DNA from: Calditrichia bacterium
GTDB taxonomy: Bacteria > Calditrichota > Calditrichia > JAJRVZ01
Assembly (NCBI GenBank): GCA_963777955.1
Contig: CAVZSQ010000018.1
Location: 1 to 64,000, forward strand
Reading direction: 5' to 3'
Length of the DNA stretch: 64,000 bases
Shown here: piece by piece, positions 44,680-54,785 of the stretch
How the letters are laid out: every line of letters starts with the position of its first letter
How positions within the stretch are numbered: position 1 is the stretch's first letter
The notes under the pieces: model-generated
The model's input: only the letters and a program-made list of their open reading frames with translations
Told to the model about the DNA's origin: nothing
Databases searched by the model: none
Translations under genes and position numbers: made by a program

Positions 44680-46236
44680 GTGAAAGACCGTATTATTATT
44701 TTTGATACCACCCTGCGTGACGGAGAACAATCTCCGGGTGCTTCCTTGAATATTCAGGAAAAACTGGAAATAGCCCGGCAACTGGAAAAACTCAAGGTGG
44801 ATGTTATTGAGGCCGGGTTTCCGGTTTCCTCTCCTGCCCAGTTTGAAGCGGTGAAAAGAATAGCCGGAGAAGTAAATCTGGTCATTGCCGGACTGGCCCG
44901 GGCCAAAGAACTGGATATAAAAACTGCCTATGAGGCTATCCGGGAAGCGGAGAAAAAAAGAATACATACATTCATCGGCACATCTGATTTTCACATCATG
45001 GGCAAATTTGCCGATACCCGCTACGGCCGTACCCTGAAAGAAAAACGGCAGGCCATTCTGAAAATGGCCTGTGACGCGGTACAGTACGCAAAATCATTTT
45101 GCTCCGACGTTGAATTTTCTGCTGAAGATGCCGGCCGGACGCCGCTGGAATATTTGAATGAAGTGATCGAAGCAGCCATTGCCGCAGGAGCCACCACGAT
45201 TAATATACCGGACACCACCGGCTATACCTTGCCCTCCGAATTTGCCCGCAAGATAAAAATGATCAAGGAAGGGGTAAAAAATATCGACCGGGTGGTGATC
45301 AGCGTACATTGCCATAATGATTTGGGACTGGCCGTGGCTAACTCACTGGCGGCCATTGAAGCCGGAGCTGGGCAGGTAGAGTGCACCATTAACGGTATCG
45401 GTGAACGCGCGGGGAATGCATCGCTGGAAGAAATTGTAATGGCCTTAAAGGTACGTAAGGATTTATTGAAGTCTGACACGGGTATTAATACCAGAGAAAT
45501 TTATAATACCAGCCGGATGGTATCGGGTTTTACCGGTATCGTGGTCCAACCCAATAAAGCCATCGTGGGTGAAAATGCTTTTGCCCATGAATCGGGAATT
45601 CACCAGGATGGTATGTTGAAGAGCAGGGAAACGTATGAGATCATGACTCCCGATGCTGTGGGCATCAACAGGACGAAGATCGTGCTGGGCCGTCATTCCG
45701 GCCGTCATGGTTTGAAAGCACGTCTGGATGAACTGGGTTACAGTTTAAGCGACGCTGAATTGAATACGTTGTATACGCGTTTCACCGAGTTAGCCGATAA
45801 GAAGAAAGAAGTTTTCGATGATGATCTGCGCCTGCTGATGGGGGATGAAATCCTGAAAACAAGTTCGCATTACCGCCTCGAGCAGTTGCAGGTAAATGCC
45901 GGCAGCCACAGCATTCCGACAGCGACGGTTCGTATCGGTATAAAAGATTCAGTAGTCCAGGAATCTTCCGTCGGCGATGGTCCGGTGGATGCTGTATTTA
46001 ATGCCATCGACCGTGCTATTAAATCCAGCTATCAGGTCGAGAACTATCAGGTTCGCTCGGTGACATCGGGCCGGCAGGCCATGGGTGAAGTGCAGGTGCG
46101 GATCCGTTGCGGCGATCAGTTGTACAGTGGTCGCGGTGTATCTACCGATATCATCGAAGCCAGTGCCAAGGCCTATTTGCAGGCGATCAATCTGCATCAT
46201 CTGGAGCAGGGCACAGCAGCGACAAAGGCGAAATGA
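44680..46236 (+). CDS. leuA: 2-isopropylmalate synthase
   Basis: [37 protein letters not shown]; regulatory domain G.GPVDA. Confidence 0.95.
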   Translation: MKDRIIIFDTTLRDGEQSPGASLNIQEKLEIARQLEKLKVDVIEAGFPVSSPAQFEAVKRIAGEVNLVIAGLARAKELDIKTAYEAIREAEKKRIHTFIGTSDFHIMGKFADTRYGRTLKEKRQAILKMACDAVQYAKSFCSDVEFSAEDAGRTPLEYLNEVIEAAIAAGATTINIPDTTGYTLPSEFARKIKMIKEGVKNIDRVVISVHCHNDLGLAVANSLAAIEAGAGQVECTINGIGERAGNASLEEIVMALKVRKDLLKSDTGINTREIYNTSRMVSGFTGIVVQPNKAIVGENAFAHESGIHQDGMLKSRETYEIMTPDAVGINRTKIVLGRHSGRHGLKARLDELGYSLSDAELNTLYTRFTELADKKKEVFDDDLRLLMGDEILKTSSHYRLEQLQVNAGSHSIPTATVRIGIKDSVVQESSVGDGPVDAVFNAIDRAIKSSYQVENYQVRSVTSGRQAMGEVQVRIRCGDQLYSGRGVSTDIIEASAKAYLQAINLHHLEQGTAATKAK

Positions 46237-46269
46237 TCCGAGCAATCAGATAATACCGAGGAATTGACT

Positions 46270-47568
46270 ATGAGTATGACCATTACAGAAAAAATATTAG
46301 CCAAAGCAGCGCGAAAGAAGAAAGTTGCCCCGGGCGAGAACATCTGGATAAATGTGGATATCCTGATGACTCATGATGTCTGCGGTCCGCCGACAATTGA
46401 AATATGGCAGCGGGAATTTGGTGCGCAGGCCCGGGTGTGGGATAAAAACAAACTGGTAATTTTCCCGGACCATTATATTTTTACGGCAAATGCCCAGGCC
46501 AACCGGAACGTGGATCTGCTCAGGGAATTTGCCCGCGCCCATGAATTACCCCATTACTATGACGCCGGTACAGAACGGTACAAAGGTGTTTGTCATATCG
46601 CTCTGGCTGAAGAGGGGTATAATCTTCCCGGTACGGTTCTGTTTGGAACTGATTCCCATACCTGTACCTCAGGAGCATTCGGTCTGTTCTCGACCGGTGT
46701 CGGTAATACCGATGCGGCTTTTATCATGGGTACCGGGAAAATCTGGGAGAAAGTTCCGGAGTCGATTAAAGTAAACTTTACCGGGGAATTACCGCCGTAT
46801 CTCACGGCCAAGGATTTAATTCTGCAATTGCTTGGTGATCTTACCACCGATGGCGGCACTTACCGGGCTCTGGAATTTAGCGGTTCTGCCGTACAGGCGC
46901 TTGAGATGGAAGAGAGAATGACCCTGACTAATATGGCCATCGAGACCGGGGCGATGAATGGAATTATTGCCGCCGACGCAATTACCGAAAAATATCTCAG
47001 GGCCAGGACCAATGCCGGCTATGAATTGTTTTCCAGTGACAAGGATGCCCATTATATCCAGAGTTACCAATATGATGTGCAGAAAATGGAGCCGCTGGTG
47101 GCTAAACCACACAGCCCGGATAATCGCGACCTGGTGCGGAATGTGAAAGGGGTGGCGCTGCGGAAGTGTTATATCGGATCCTGCACCGGAGGAAAAATAT
47201 CCGATTTCAGAGCAGCGGCCCGGATACTGTTCAATCGTAAGGTCAGCGTTCCGACCTTTATCGTACCGGCGAGTACAGCTACTGCCGGAAAACTGGAAAC
47301 AGAATCTTTTCAAAAGATCAGTTTAAAACAGATATTCGAGCAGGCCGGATGTATCATCGCACCATCTTCCTGCGCCGCCTGTCTGGGCGGACCTGCCGAC
47401 ACCATCGGCCGGGCAATTGACCAGGATGTGGTCATTTCAACAACCAACCGGAATTTCCCGGGACGCATGGGCAGCAAAAAATCGGAAGTCTATCTGGCTT
47501 CACCATATACGGTGGCTGCCTCAGCCGTTAACGGTTGTATCACTGATCCGCGGGATTTTTTACAATAG
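46270..47568 (+). CDS. leuC: 3-isopropylmalate dehydratase large subunit (short, archaeal/plant-like type)
   Basis: MTITEKIL, DSHTCT.GAFG, IGSCTGG, CAACLG, STTNRNFPGRMG. Confidence 0.9.
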   Translation: MSMTITEKILAKAARKKKVAPGENIWINVDILMTHDVCGPPTIEIWQREFGAQARVWDKNKLVIFPDHYIFTANAQANRNVDLLREFARAHELPHYYDAGTERYKGVCHIALAEEGYNLPGTVLFGTDSHTCTSGAFGLFSTGVGNTDAAFIMGTGKIWEKVPESIKVNFTGELPPYLTAKDLILQLLGDLTTDGGTYRALEFSGSAVQALEMEERMTLTNMAIETGAMNGIIAADAITEKYLRARTNAGYELFSSDKDAHYIQSYQYDVQKMEPLVAKPHSPDNRDLVRNVKGVALRKCYIGSCTGGKISDFRAAARILFNRKVSVPTFIVPASTATAGKLETESFQKISLKQIFEQAGCIIAPSSCAACLGGPADTIGRAIDQDVVISTTNRNFPGRMGSKKSEVYLASPYTVAASAVNGCITDPRDFLQ

Positions 47569-47613
47569 TTAATTAAACAGCATTTAGTGATTTTAACGAG
47601 CACAGGAATTAAT

Positions 47614-48180
47614 ATGATCAAAACGATGCAGGGAAAAACGTACGTGCTGGGTAATAATATTGATACCGACCAGATTATTCCGGCCGAACACCTGGTCTAT
47701 AGTATGACCAATAAACAGGAGGCACGGCAGTACGGTCATTTTGCCCTTTCCGGTGTGCCCGCAGAAAAAGCCGGACTGCCGCGGGGGCATACTCCCTTCA
47801 TTATCGGGGATCAATACCACTCAGAGTATGCAATTATTGTGGCCGGAGCCAACTTCGGCTGCGGATCCTCGCGTGAACACGCCCCCTTTGCCTTGAATCA
47901 GGCCGGGATCAAAGCGGTTATCGCTGAATCCTATGCCAGAATATTTTACCGCAATGCGGTCGATGGCGGTTTTCTGATTCCGCTGGAAATTGCGGCCAAT
48001 CAGAATCACAGGATCAAAACCGGCGATTTACTGGAAATCGATCTGGAAAAATATATAATCCGCAATGGCACAGCTGGGCAAGAGTACAAATTAAAATTAC
48101 CCGGTGATGTACTGCCGATTATCGAAGCGGGTGGACTATTCCCATACGCCCGTCAGAGCAACTTGATTAAAAATAAATAG
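47614..48180 (+). CDS. leuD: 3-isopropylmalate dehydratase small subunit
   Basis: NIDTDQIIP, NFGCGSSREHA, ESYARIFYRN, GGL. Confidence 0.9.
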   Translation: MIKTMQGKTYVLGNNIDTDQIIPAEHLVYSMTNKQEARQYGHFALSGVPAEKAGLPRGHTPFIIGDQYHSEYAIIVAGANFGCGSSREHAPFALNQAGIKAVIAESYARIFYRNAVDGGFLIPLEIAANQNHRIKTGDLLEIDLEKYIIRNGTAGQEYKLKLPGDVLPIIEAGGLFPYARQSNLIKNK

Positions 48181-48198
48181 AACAGGTGGCACGATTTT

Positions 48199-49797
48199 AT
48201 GAAAACACAAAATTATATAGAAATATTTGATACCACCCTCCGCGACGGTACTCAGGGAGAAGGTGTCAATCTGTCGATCCATGACAAACTGCTGATCACG
48301 CAAAAACTGGATGAATTCGGAATCGATATCATCGAAGGAGGCTGGCCCGGCAGTAATCCCCGTGATGAAGCATATTTTCAAAAGGTCAAAGAATTGAAGC
48401 TGGAGCATGCCCGGATATGTGCTTTTGGCTCTACGGCCCGCTACCCCAATCAGGTTAAAAGCGATGCCAACATCGAGGCCTTGCTCACCTCCGAAACTCC
48501 GGTTATCTCGATCTTCGGTAAAACCTGGCGCCTGCATTCTCAAACAGGCCTTGGTCTGAGCGATACGGAAAATGAAGATTTAATCTATAAATCCGTTCTC
48601 TATCTGCGAGAGAAAGGACGGCGGATTATCTATGATGCTGAACATTTTTTTGATGGTTACAAAGACGATCCGGTATTTGCCGTACGGATGCTGAAAGCAG
48701 CGGAAAAAGCTGGTGCCGATATACTGGTGCTTTGCGATACCAATGGCGGATGTTTGCCGTACGAAGTTCAGCGGATAATGGAAGAAGTACAAACACAGGT
48801 TCAGGCGCCGCTGGGTATTCATGCTCATAATGATGGCGGTGTAGCCGTGGCTAATTCTCTAATGGCCATAGCCGCCGGCGCGGTGCAGGTGCAGGGAACA
48901 ATTAACGGAGTAGGGGAAAGATGCGGTAATGCCAATCTCTCCAGCGTATTGCCTAATTTATTTTTAAAAATGGGCAAGAGCGTTCATCCCCGGATCAATC
49001 TGGATCACCTGACTTCACTGTCGCATTTTGTGTATGAGGTGATGAACATGGTTCCCAATAGCCGCGATCCTTATGTAGGGAAATCGGCTTTCACGCACAA
49101 GGGTGGAATTCATGTCAGTTCAATCCTTAAAGACAACCGGATGTATGAACATGTACCACCGGAAACTGTGGGCAATCGACAGCATGTTATCATCTCCGAT
49201 CTGTCCGGTCAGAGTAATATCCGCTATAAGGCGCAGGAATTAGGTATTCATTTACCGCCCGGAAAAGAGTTCAGTGCTCAATTTGTCAAGCAGGTCAAAT
49301 CCCTGGAGTACGAAGGATTTCAGTTCGACGGTGCCGAAGCTTCATTTGAATTATTATTACTGTCCGAGTTGAAAGAGTTCGAACCATTCTTTGTAGTGAC
49401 TTATGCCAAGTCCAACGTCATGTTCAACGAGCATGGTCATAAATATGCCGAGGCCGTGCTGAAGGTCAAAGTCGGTGACGAAATTGAGCATACAGCTGAT
49501 GACGGCAATGGACCGGTGAATGCGCTGGATAAAGCGCTGCGCAAAGCACTGATCCGCTTTTATCCGGAAGTCAGGTTGATTCAACTGGTGGATTATAAGG
49601 TTCGTGTACTGGGTGAAAAAAATGGCACAGCAGCCCAGGTACGTGTACTGGTGGAATCCAGCGACGGTGAAAGTTCCTGGTCGACTGTAGGCGTGTCACA
49701 TGATATTATCGAAGCGAGTTTACAGGCGCTAAGCGACAGTCTGAATTATAAAATATATAAAATAATGAAACAGCAAAAGACTGCAGTTAAACAGTAA
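48199..49797 (+). CDS. cimA: (R)-citramalate synthase
   Basis: DTTLRDGTQGEG, IEGGWPGSNP, DAEHFFDG, LCDTNGG, AF.HKGGIH, GAEASFEL, DYKVR. Confidence 0.92.
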   Translation: MKTQNYIEIFDTTLRDGTQGEGVNLSIHDKLLITQKLDEFGIDIIEGGWPGSNPRDEAYFQKVKELKLEHARICAFGSTARYPNQVKSDANIEALLTSETPVISIFGKTWRLHSQTGLGLSDTENEDLIYKSVLYLREKGRRIIYDAEHFFDGYKDDPVFAVRMLKAAEKAGADILVLCDTNGGCLPYEVQRIMEEVQTQVQAPLGIHAHNDGGVAVANSLMAIAAGAVQVQGTINGVGERCGNANLSSVLPNLFLKMGKSVHPRINLDHLTSLSHFVYEVMNMVPNSRDPYVGKSAFTHKGGIHVSSILKDNRMYEHVPPETVGNRQHVIISDLSGQSNIRYKAQELGIHLPPGKEFSAQFVKQVKSLEYEGFQFDGAEASFELLLLSELKEFEPFFVVTYAKSNVMFNEHGHKYAEAVLKVKVGDEIEHTADDGNGPVNALDKALRKALIRFYPEVRLIQLVDYKVRVLGEKNGTAAQVRVLVESSDGESSWSTVGVSHDIIEASLQALSDSLNYKIYKIMKQQKTAVKQ

Positions 49798-49813
49798 AGG
49801 CAAACGGTATTTA

Positions 49814-50122
49814 TTATTCTACAACATTAAAAATTTCACGGTGGCCGTTCACTATCAAAGGCAACACTTTCTGGTACCAGGTTTTCCACTCCGGATTGGA
49901 CATGGCAGACCTGGCACTTTCTTCGAAATCAGTTAAAGAGTCGTAGGTAGATTCCAGTACCAGCGTGTAATATGTGGGTCCGACTAAATCTGTCAAAATG
50001 CGCGAGGAACGCATCAGACCACCACCTGTTTTGCGTTCCAGGGTCAGTCCTTCCTTCCACAGGTTGACTGCTTCTTTGACCCTGCCGAATTGTACCTGGA
50101 ATATATCACGTACCTGAATCAT
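49814..50122 (-). CDS. Small conserved hypothetical protein (NIPSNAP-like dimeric barrel)
   Basis: AAGGAG RBS; R..F...FG, RILTD..G...TLVLE, G.REIF pattern. Confidence 0.65.
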   Translation of the reverse strand: MIQVRDIFQVQFGRVKEAVNLWKEGLTLERKTGGGLMRSSRILTDLVGPTYYTLVLESTYDSLTDFEESARSAMSNPEWKTWYQKVLPLIVNGHREIFNVVE

Positions 50123-50303
50123 TTTTTTCTCCTTATATGATTTTTAATTTTAAACTAAGGATTGGTGCTAAAATATTTCTTAAATGTAAAAAATAATATA
50201 ATATTGAATATAAATATTAAATATTGTGCAAATATTATTACTGGACTTTTATTAAAAATATTCAGATTTTTATATTGGAAAAATTAAACTGGGAGCAGGC
50301 GCT

Positions 50304-51200
50304 ATGACCCCTGCAGCCCGTCAGTCCGGACGGCGGTATTTCACCCGGGCATTAAGAATACTTTATGTGATTACCCTGCTGAGCTTTGGATATTTCTTAA
50401 TCACAGGTATAAGTTTTTATCTGATCCCCTTGAATGAGCGTCCCCATCATGAGTTGTTCAGATACCTTAAACCGGGCGGTCTGCGCAGCCACGGTCTGGG
50501 AATCACCGGATCACTGATGCTGGTCCTTTTACTCCTTTATTCACTGCGCAAACGCTGGAGCTACATGCGCAGCATGGGGTCGCTGAGCAACTGGCTGAAT
50601 GTGCATATTTTTTTTGGTATTTGCGGTCCGCTTTTTATCATTTTGCACAGCACCTTGAAGTTAAACGGCCTGGTTGCCGTGGCCTTCTGGGCTATGCTGG
50701 CCGTGGCGCTTAGTGGTGTTTTAGGCCGCTATCTCTACCTGCAGATCCCGCGCAATATTATGGGACATGAGCTTTCACTGCAGGAAGTGGAGGAGTTAAA
50801 TAAAAATCTTACCATGCAACTTCAGCAAAAATTTGGATTAGACACCCGGGAGATACAAAGCATCGAAGCAGAATTCATAAATACAAAAACCGGGACTCAT
50901 GGTGCAGGACTTTTACTGTTAGATTTACTGGCCGGTGATCTGAAACGGTTTTCAAAAAGTAAGCGAATTAAAAAACAATTGATCAGCCAGTACCATCTAC
51001 CCGCACATGACACCGCTGAATTGTTAAGACTGCTTAAACAGCAGGCACAAATCAGCCGCCGGATCATGCTGTGGAATAAAATTCATCAGTTATTCCATTA
51101 CTGGCACGTCTTTCATAAACCGTTCGCGCTGATCATGTACGTCATCATGATCATTCACATCGGAATCGCTCTATGGCTGGGATATCGCTGGATTTTTTAA
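50304..51200 (+). CDS. Polytopic membrane protein, ferric-reductase-like/heme-b candidate
   Basis: About 6 TM segments with His in or near them (SHGLG, WLNVHIFFG, ILHS, WHVFHKP, IIHI); YSLRKR and GRYLY motifs. Confidence 0.65.
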   Translation: MTPAARQSGRRYFTRALRILYVITLLSFGYFLITGISFYLIPLNERPHHELFRYLKPGGLRSHGLGITGSLMLVLLLLYSLRKRWSYMRSMGSLSNWLNVHIFFGICGPLFIILHSTLKLNGLVAVAFWAMLAVALSGVLGRYLYLQIPRNIMGHELSLQEVEELNKNLTMQLQQKFGLDTREIQSIEAEFINTKTGTHGAGLLLLDLLAGDLKRFSKSKRIKKQLISQYHLPAHDTAELLRLLKQQAQISRRIMLWNKIHQLFHYWHVFHKPFALIMYVIMIIHIGIALWLGYRWIF

Positions 51201-52915
51201 AAAGGATCAGGACTTGCTTAGAATTGAAATCAGCCGGCAGTTGGCTGGTTTTATTTTTCGCTTTGTATGCTCTGCCTGCATATGCTCAATTATCGCCCGG
51301 AGAATTGCAGCAAAGTCATGCGAATCTGGAAGGGATTGAAAACTGTACCCGCTGTCACGAAAGAGGCCAGCAGTTAAATCCACAGAGATGCCTTAATTGT
51401 CACACTGTATTATATGACCGGATTAAAAAAAATCAGGGCCTGCATTCCAGGGCGGAATACAAATCATGCGGAAACTGCCATATCGAACACCAGGGACGCA
51501 CAACTGCTCTTATTTTCTGGCCAAATGGCCAGGACAAGTTTGACCACCAGTTGACCGGTTATCCCTTACAGGGGAAACATGCCGCATTGCAGTGTCGTTC
51601 CTGTCATACCAGCGGCCATATCGAAGAGATCGATCGGTTGCGGCAACAGAAGATCGATCCCGATCGGACCTTTCTGGGATTGACACAGGAATGTCTGTCC
51701 TGTCACCGTGATGAACACCGCGGCCAGTTACAAAAAGACTGCCTGAAATGTCATACGCTGGCCGGCTGGTCTCCTGCCACGGGATTTGATCATGCCCGGA
51801 CAGATTTTGCACTCAGCGGACTTCATCAACAGGTTGTCTGCGTGAAATGTCATCAGCGTATACAGGATAGTAAATTTCCTGGTGATACTGACTTTCTCAG
51901 GTTCACCGGTCTGGAATATGATGCCTGTAAGCGTTGTCACCGCGATGTTCATCAGAATAAATTTGGCAATGAATGTCAAAGATGTCATTCAACCTCCGGC
52001 TGGAAAAATGTTTCATTAACTCAGTTCAATCATGATAGTACTGATTTCGCCTTGCGCGGTCGTCATGCCTCGGTACCATGTCAGCAATGCCATCTGCCGG
52101 GTAAACCATTAAAGATTAGCCGCTACACCCGCTGCAGCGATTGCCATAGCGATTATCACCAGGGACAGTTTGCCAGCCGGGATCGACAGGGCGCCTGCGA
52201 GGAATGCCATACGGTGGCAGGTTTTCAACCGGCAAATTTTACAGTTACCGATCACCAGAAAACCGCCTATACCCTGGCCGGGGCCCATCTGGCCGTTCCC
52301 TGCAATCTTTGCCATAAAAAAATAGTTAATGATCATGGTGGGCAGTCGATTCAATTCAGATTTGCTTCCACGAACTGCCAGTCCTGTCATACTGATATCC
52401 ATCAGGGCACAGTCGCTGAGTATTTAAACAAAATATCTTCTCAAACTGGACTAAGCGGTTGTGAATATTGTCATACGGTGCTCAGCTGGAAAACAGTAAA
52501 CTATGACCACAGTCAAACCGGTTTTACCCTGACCGGCAGACATCTGGCTGTAACCTGCAACCGGTGCCATCAGCCACGTAATAATGAAAATCGCCCGGAG
52601 CAGATTTCATTCAAATCGCTTTCAGCGCAGTGCGCCAACTGTCATCAGGATATTCATCTGGGACAATTTAATGCGGATGTCTCCGGCCATGTACCATGTC
52701 AAAAATGCCATACACCTGCGGATTGGCGCAGCCTGCAATTCGATCATAACCGGGATTCACGTTTCCCGCTGCAAGGTGCTCATCAGGCCGTAGCCTGTGA
52801 CCGTTGCCATCCGACCGCGATAACAGCTGACCGGAAATATATTCGCTATAAACCACTGGATAGCAGTTGTAAGACCTGCCATAGCCAGAGAAAAATCCAG
52901 AATAAAAATAATTAA
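51173..52915 (+). CDS. Multiheme c-type cytochrome, 20 CxxCH motifs
   Basis: 20 CxxCH counted by hand; signal peptide ending AYA-Q (likely start TTG 51224); FDH..T.F.L.G.H repeats. Confidence 0.92.
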   Translation: MAGISLDFLKRIRTCLELKSAGSWLVLFFALYALPAYAQLSPGELQQSHANLEGIENCTRCHERGQQLNPQRCLNCHTVLYDRIKKNQGLHSRAEYKSCGNCHIEHQGRTTALIFWPNGQDKFDHQLTGYPLQGKHAALQCRSCHTSGHIEEIDRLRQQKIDPDRTFLGLTQECLSCHRDEHRGQLQKDCLKCHTLAGWSPATGFDHARTDFALSGLHQQVVCVKCHQRIQDSKFPGDTDFLRFTGLEYDACKRCHRDVHQNKFGNECQRCHSTSGWKNVSLTQFNHDSTDFALRGRHASVPCQQCHLPGKPLKISRYTRCSDCHSDYHQGQFASRDRQGACEECHTVAGFQPANFTVTDHQKTAYTLAGAHLAVPCNLCHKKIVNDHGGQSIQFRFASTNCQSCHTDIHQGTVAEYLNKISSQTGLSGCEYCHTVLSWKTVNYDHSQTGFTLTGRHLAVTCNRCHQPRNNENRPEQISFKSLSAQCANCHQDIHLGQFNADVSGHVPCQKCHTPADWRSLQFDHNRDSRFPLQGAHQAVACDRCHPTAITADRKYIRYKPLDSSCKTCHSQRKIQNKNN

Positions 52916-53007
52916 TTTTTGAATGGGTATGTATTTTTGTATTCCTTTTATATAAAGGAATTATAATATCTAGAAACAACAAAAAGCGAAAGGGGAGTTT
53001 AAATAAG

Positions 53008-54669
53008 ATGTGTTCAGTCCTGGGAATATTTAATTTCAATTCAAAATTAAAAGGTTTACGCAAGCAGGCTTTGAAAATGTCACGGCTGCAGAGACACCGC
53101 GGACCGGATTGGTCTGGTATCTATGTTGCTGAAAATGCCATCCTGGTACATGAGCGGTTGTCCATAGTGGATGTCGAAAGCGGTGCGCAGCCTTTAATTG
53201 ACAAGGATCAGACGGTCGCTCTGGCGGTAAACGGTGAAATTTATAATCATAAAGAGCTGGAAGCCGGATTGAAAATTAGCTATGAATTTCAAACCGGTTC
53301 CGACTGCGAAGTTATCATCCCGCTTTATAAAGAAAAAGGTCAAGACTTTATTGACGACCTGAATGGTATTTTTGCTTTCGTACTTTACGATATTGCAAAA
53401 AATACGTATCTGATTGCCCGCGACCACATGGGTATCTGTCCGCTGTTCACCGGTAATGACGAAAACGGCAATTTTTATGTGGCCTCGGAAATGAAAGCGC
53501 TGGTCGAAGTCTGCAATAAAATAGATGTCTTTCCGCCGGGAAGTTATTTAAGCAGTGAGCAGGGTGAAATCAGGAAATTTTACTCCCGCAATTGGCGTGG
53601 CTATTCAGCCGGGCAACAGCAAGAATTCGAACCGGCACGATTACGATCGGTACTGGAAGCGGCAGTCCACCGGCAACTGATGTCGGATGTGCCCTATGGA
53701 GTACTCCTGTCCGGAGGCCTGGATTCTTCCATTATTGCTGCCATTGCGGCTAAATATGCAGCCAAGCGGATCGAAACCAACGATGCGCAGCAAGCCTGGT
53801 GGCCGCGCCTGCACACCTTTGCCATCGGTCTGACCGGATCACCCGACCTGGCTGCAGCCCGTGAAGTAGCAAAATATATCGACTCGGTCCATCATGAATT
53901 TAATTATACAATCAGCGAAGGGCTGGATGCGCTGCCCGATGTGATCTATCATATCGAAAGTTATGATGTCACTACAGTCCGGGCTTCGACCCCGATGTAT
54001 CTGATGGCCAGGAAGATTAAAGCCATGGGCGTCAAGATGGTGTTATCGGGCGAGGGCAGCGATGAGATCTTCGGCGGTTATCTTTATTTTCACAAAGCAC
54101 CGGACCCGCAGGCATTTCATGAGGAGACGGTGCGGAAGTTGGATCGTTTGCATCTCTATGACTGCCTGCGGGCCAATAAATCGATGGCCGCCTGGGGAGT
54201 GGAAGCACGGGTTCCCTTCCTGGACAAAGAGGTTATTGACCTGGTTATGAGTATCGATGCGAAGTTTAAAATGTGCGGTAAAGGTAAAATTGAAAAACAA
54301 ATTTTACGGGAAACCTTCGCCGATATTTTACCGGCCAGCGTGGTTAAGCGCCAAAAAGAACAATTCTCTGACGGGGTGGGATATTCCTGGATCGATTCGC
54401 TGAAAGAACTTGCCGGTAAAGAGATCAGCGATCAAATGATGCAAAATGCAAAATATAAGTTCCCGGTCAACACGCCCCAGAGTAAGGAAGAATATTATTA
54501 CCGTCGTATTTTTGCCGAGCATTTTCCGGATCAGATAGTCGCATCATGTGTTATGGGCGGGCCCTCGGTGGCCTGCAGTACCCCCGAAGCACTGGAATGG
54601 GATAAAAAATTCAAGATCATCGATCCTTCCGGCAGAGCGGTGCAGGACATCCACAGCGATGCATACTAG
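53008..54669 (+). CDS. asnB: Asparagine synthetase B (glutamine-hydrolysing)
   Basis: MC start, HRGPD, HERLSIVD, NGEIYNH, SDCE, LLSGGLDSS, SGEGSDE, RQKEQFSDGVG. Confidence 0.96.
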   Translation: MCSVLGIFNFNSKLKGLRKQALKMSRLQRHRGPDWSGIYVAENAILVHERLSIVDVESGAQPLIDKDQTVALAVNGEIYNHKELEAGLKISYEFQTGSDCEVIIPLYKEKGQDFIDDLNGIFAFVLYDIAKNTYLIARDHMGICPLFTGNDENGNFYVASEMKALVEVCNKIDVFPPGSYLSSEQGEIRKFYSRNWRGYSAGQQQEFEPARLRSVLEAAVHRQLMSDVPYGVLLSGGLDSSIIAAIAAKYAAKRIETNDAQQAWWPRLHTFAIGLTGSPDLAAAREVAKYIDSVHHEFNYTISEGLDALPDVIYHIESYDVTTVRASTPMYLMARKIKAMGVKMVLSGEGSDEIFGGYLYFHKAPDPQAFHEETVRKLDRLHLYDCLRANKSMAAWGVEARVPFLDKEVIDLVMSIDAKFKMCGKGKIEKQILRETFADILPASVVKRQKEQFSDGVGYSWIDSLKELAGKEISDQMMQNAKYKFPVNTPQSKEEYYYRRIFAEHFPDQIVASCVMGGPSVACSTPEALEWDKKFKIIDPSGRAVQDIHSDAY

Positions 54670-54785
54670 TCAAGCCTCTATTACTTATTTTTTCGGCGGT
54701 TTGGTTGATATATATACGCTTTTGAAGTATCTTGACCGGTCACAGAAAGACTAAACAAGTTTGATATTAATGCGGGGGAAGTATT

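Noticed and set aside
38704..49584. Many minus-strand ORFs within the ilv-leu operon, and similar shadows elsewhere
   Set aside because: Antisense or alternative-frame shadows of conserved genes with no recognisable motifs.
50160..50290. Rex/FNR-like redox operator upstream of the cytochrome cluster
   Set aside because: Only a half-site-like TTGTGCAA in very AT-rich DNA, not distinguishable from chance.
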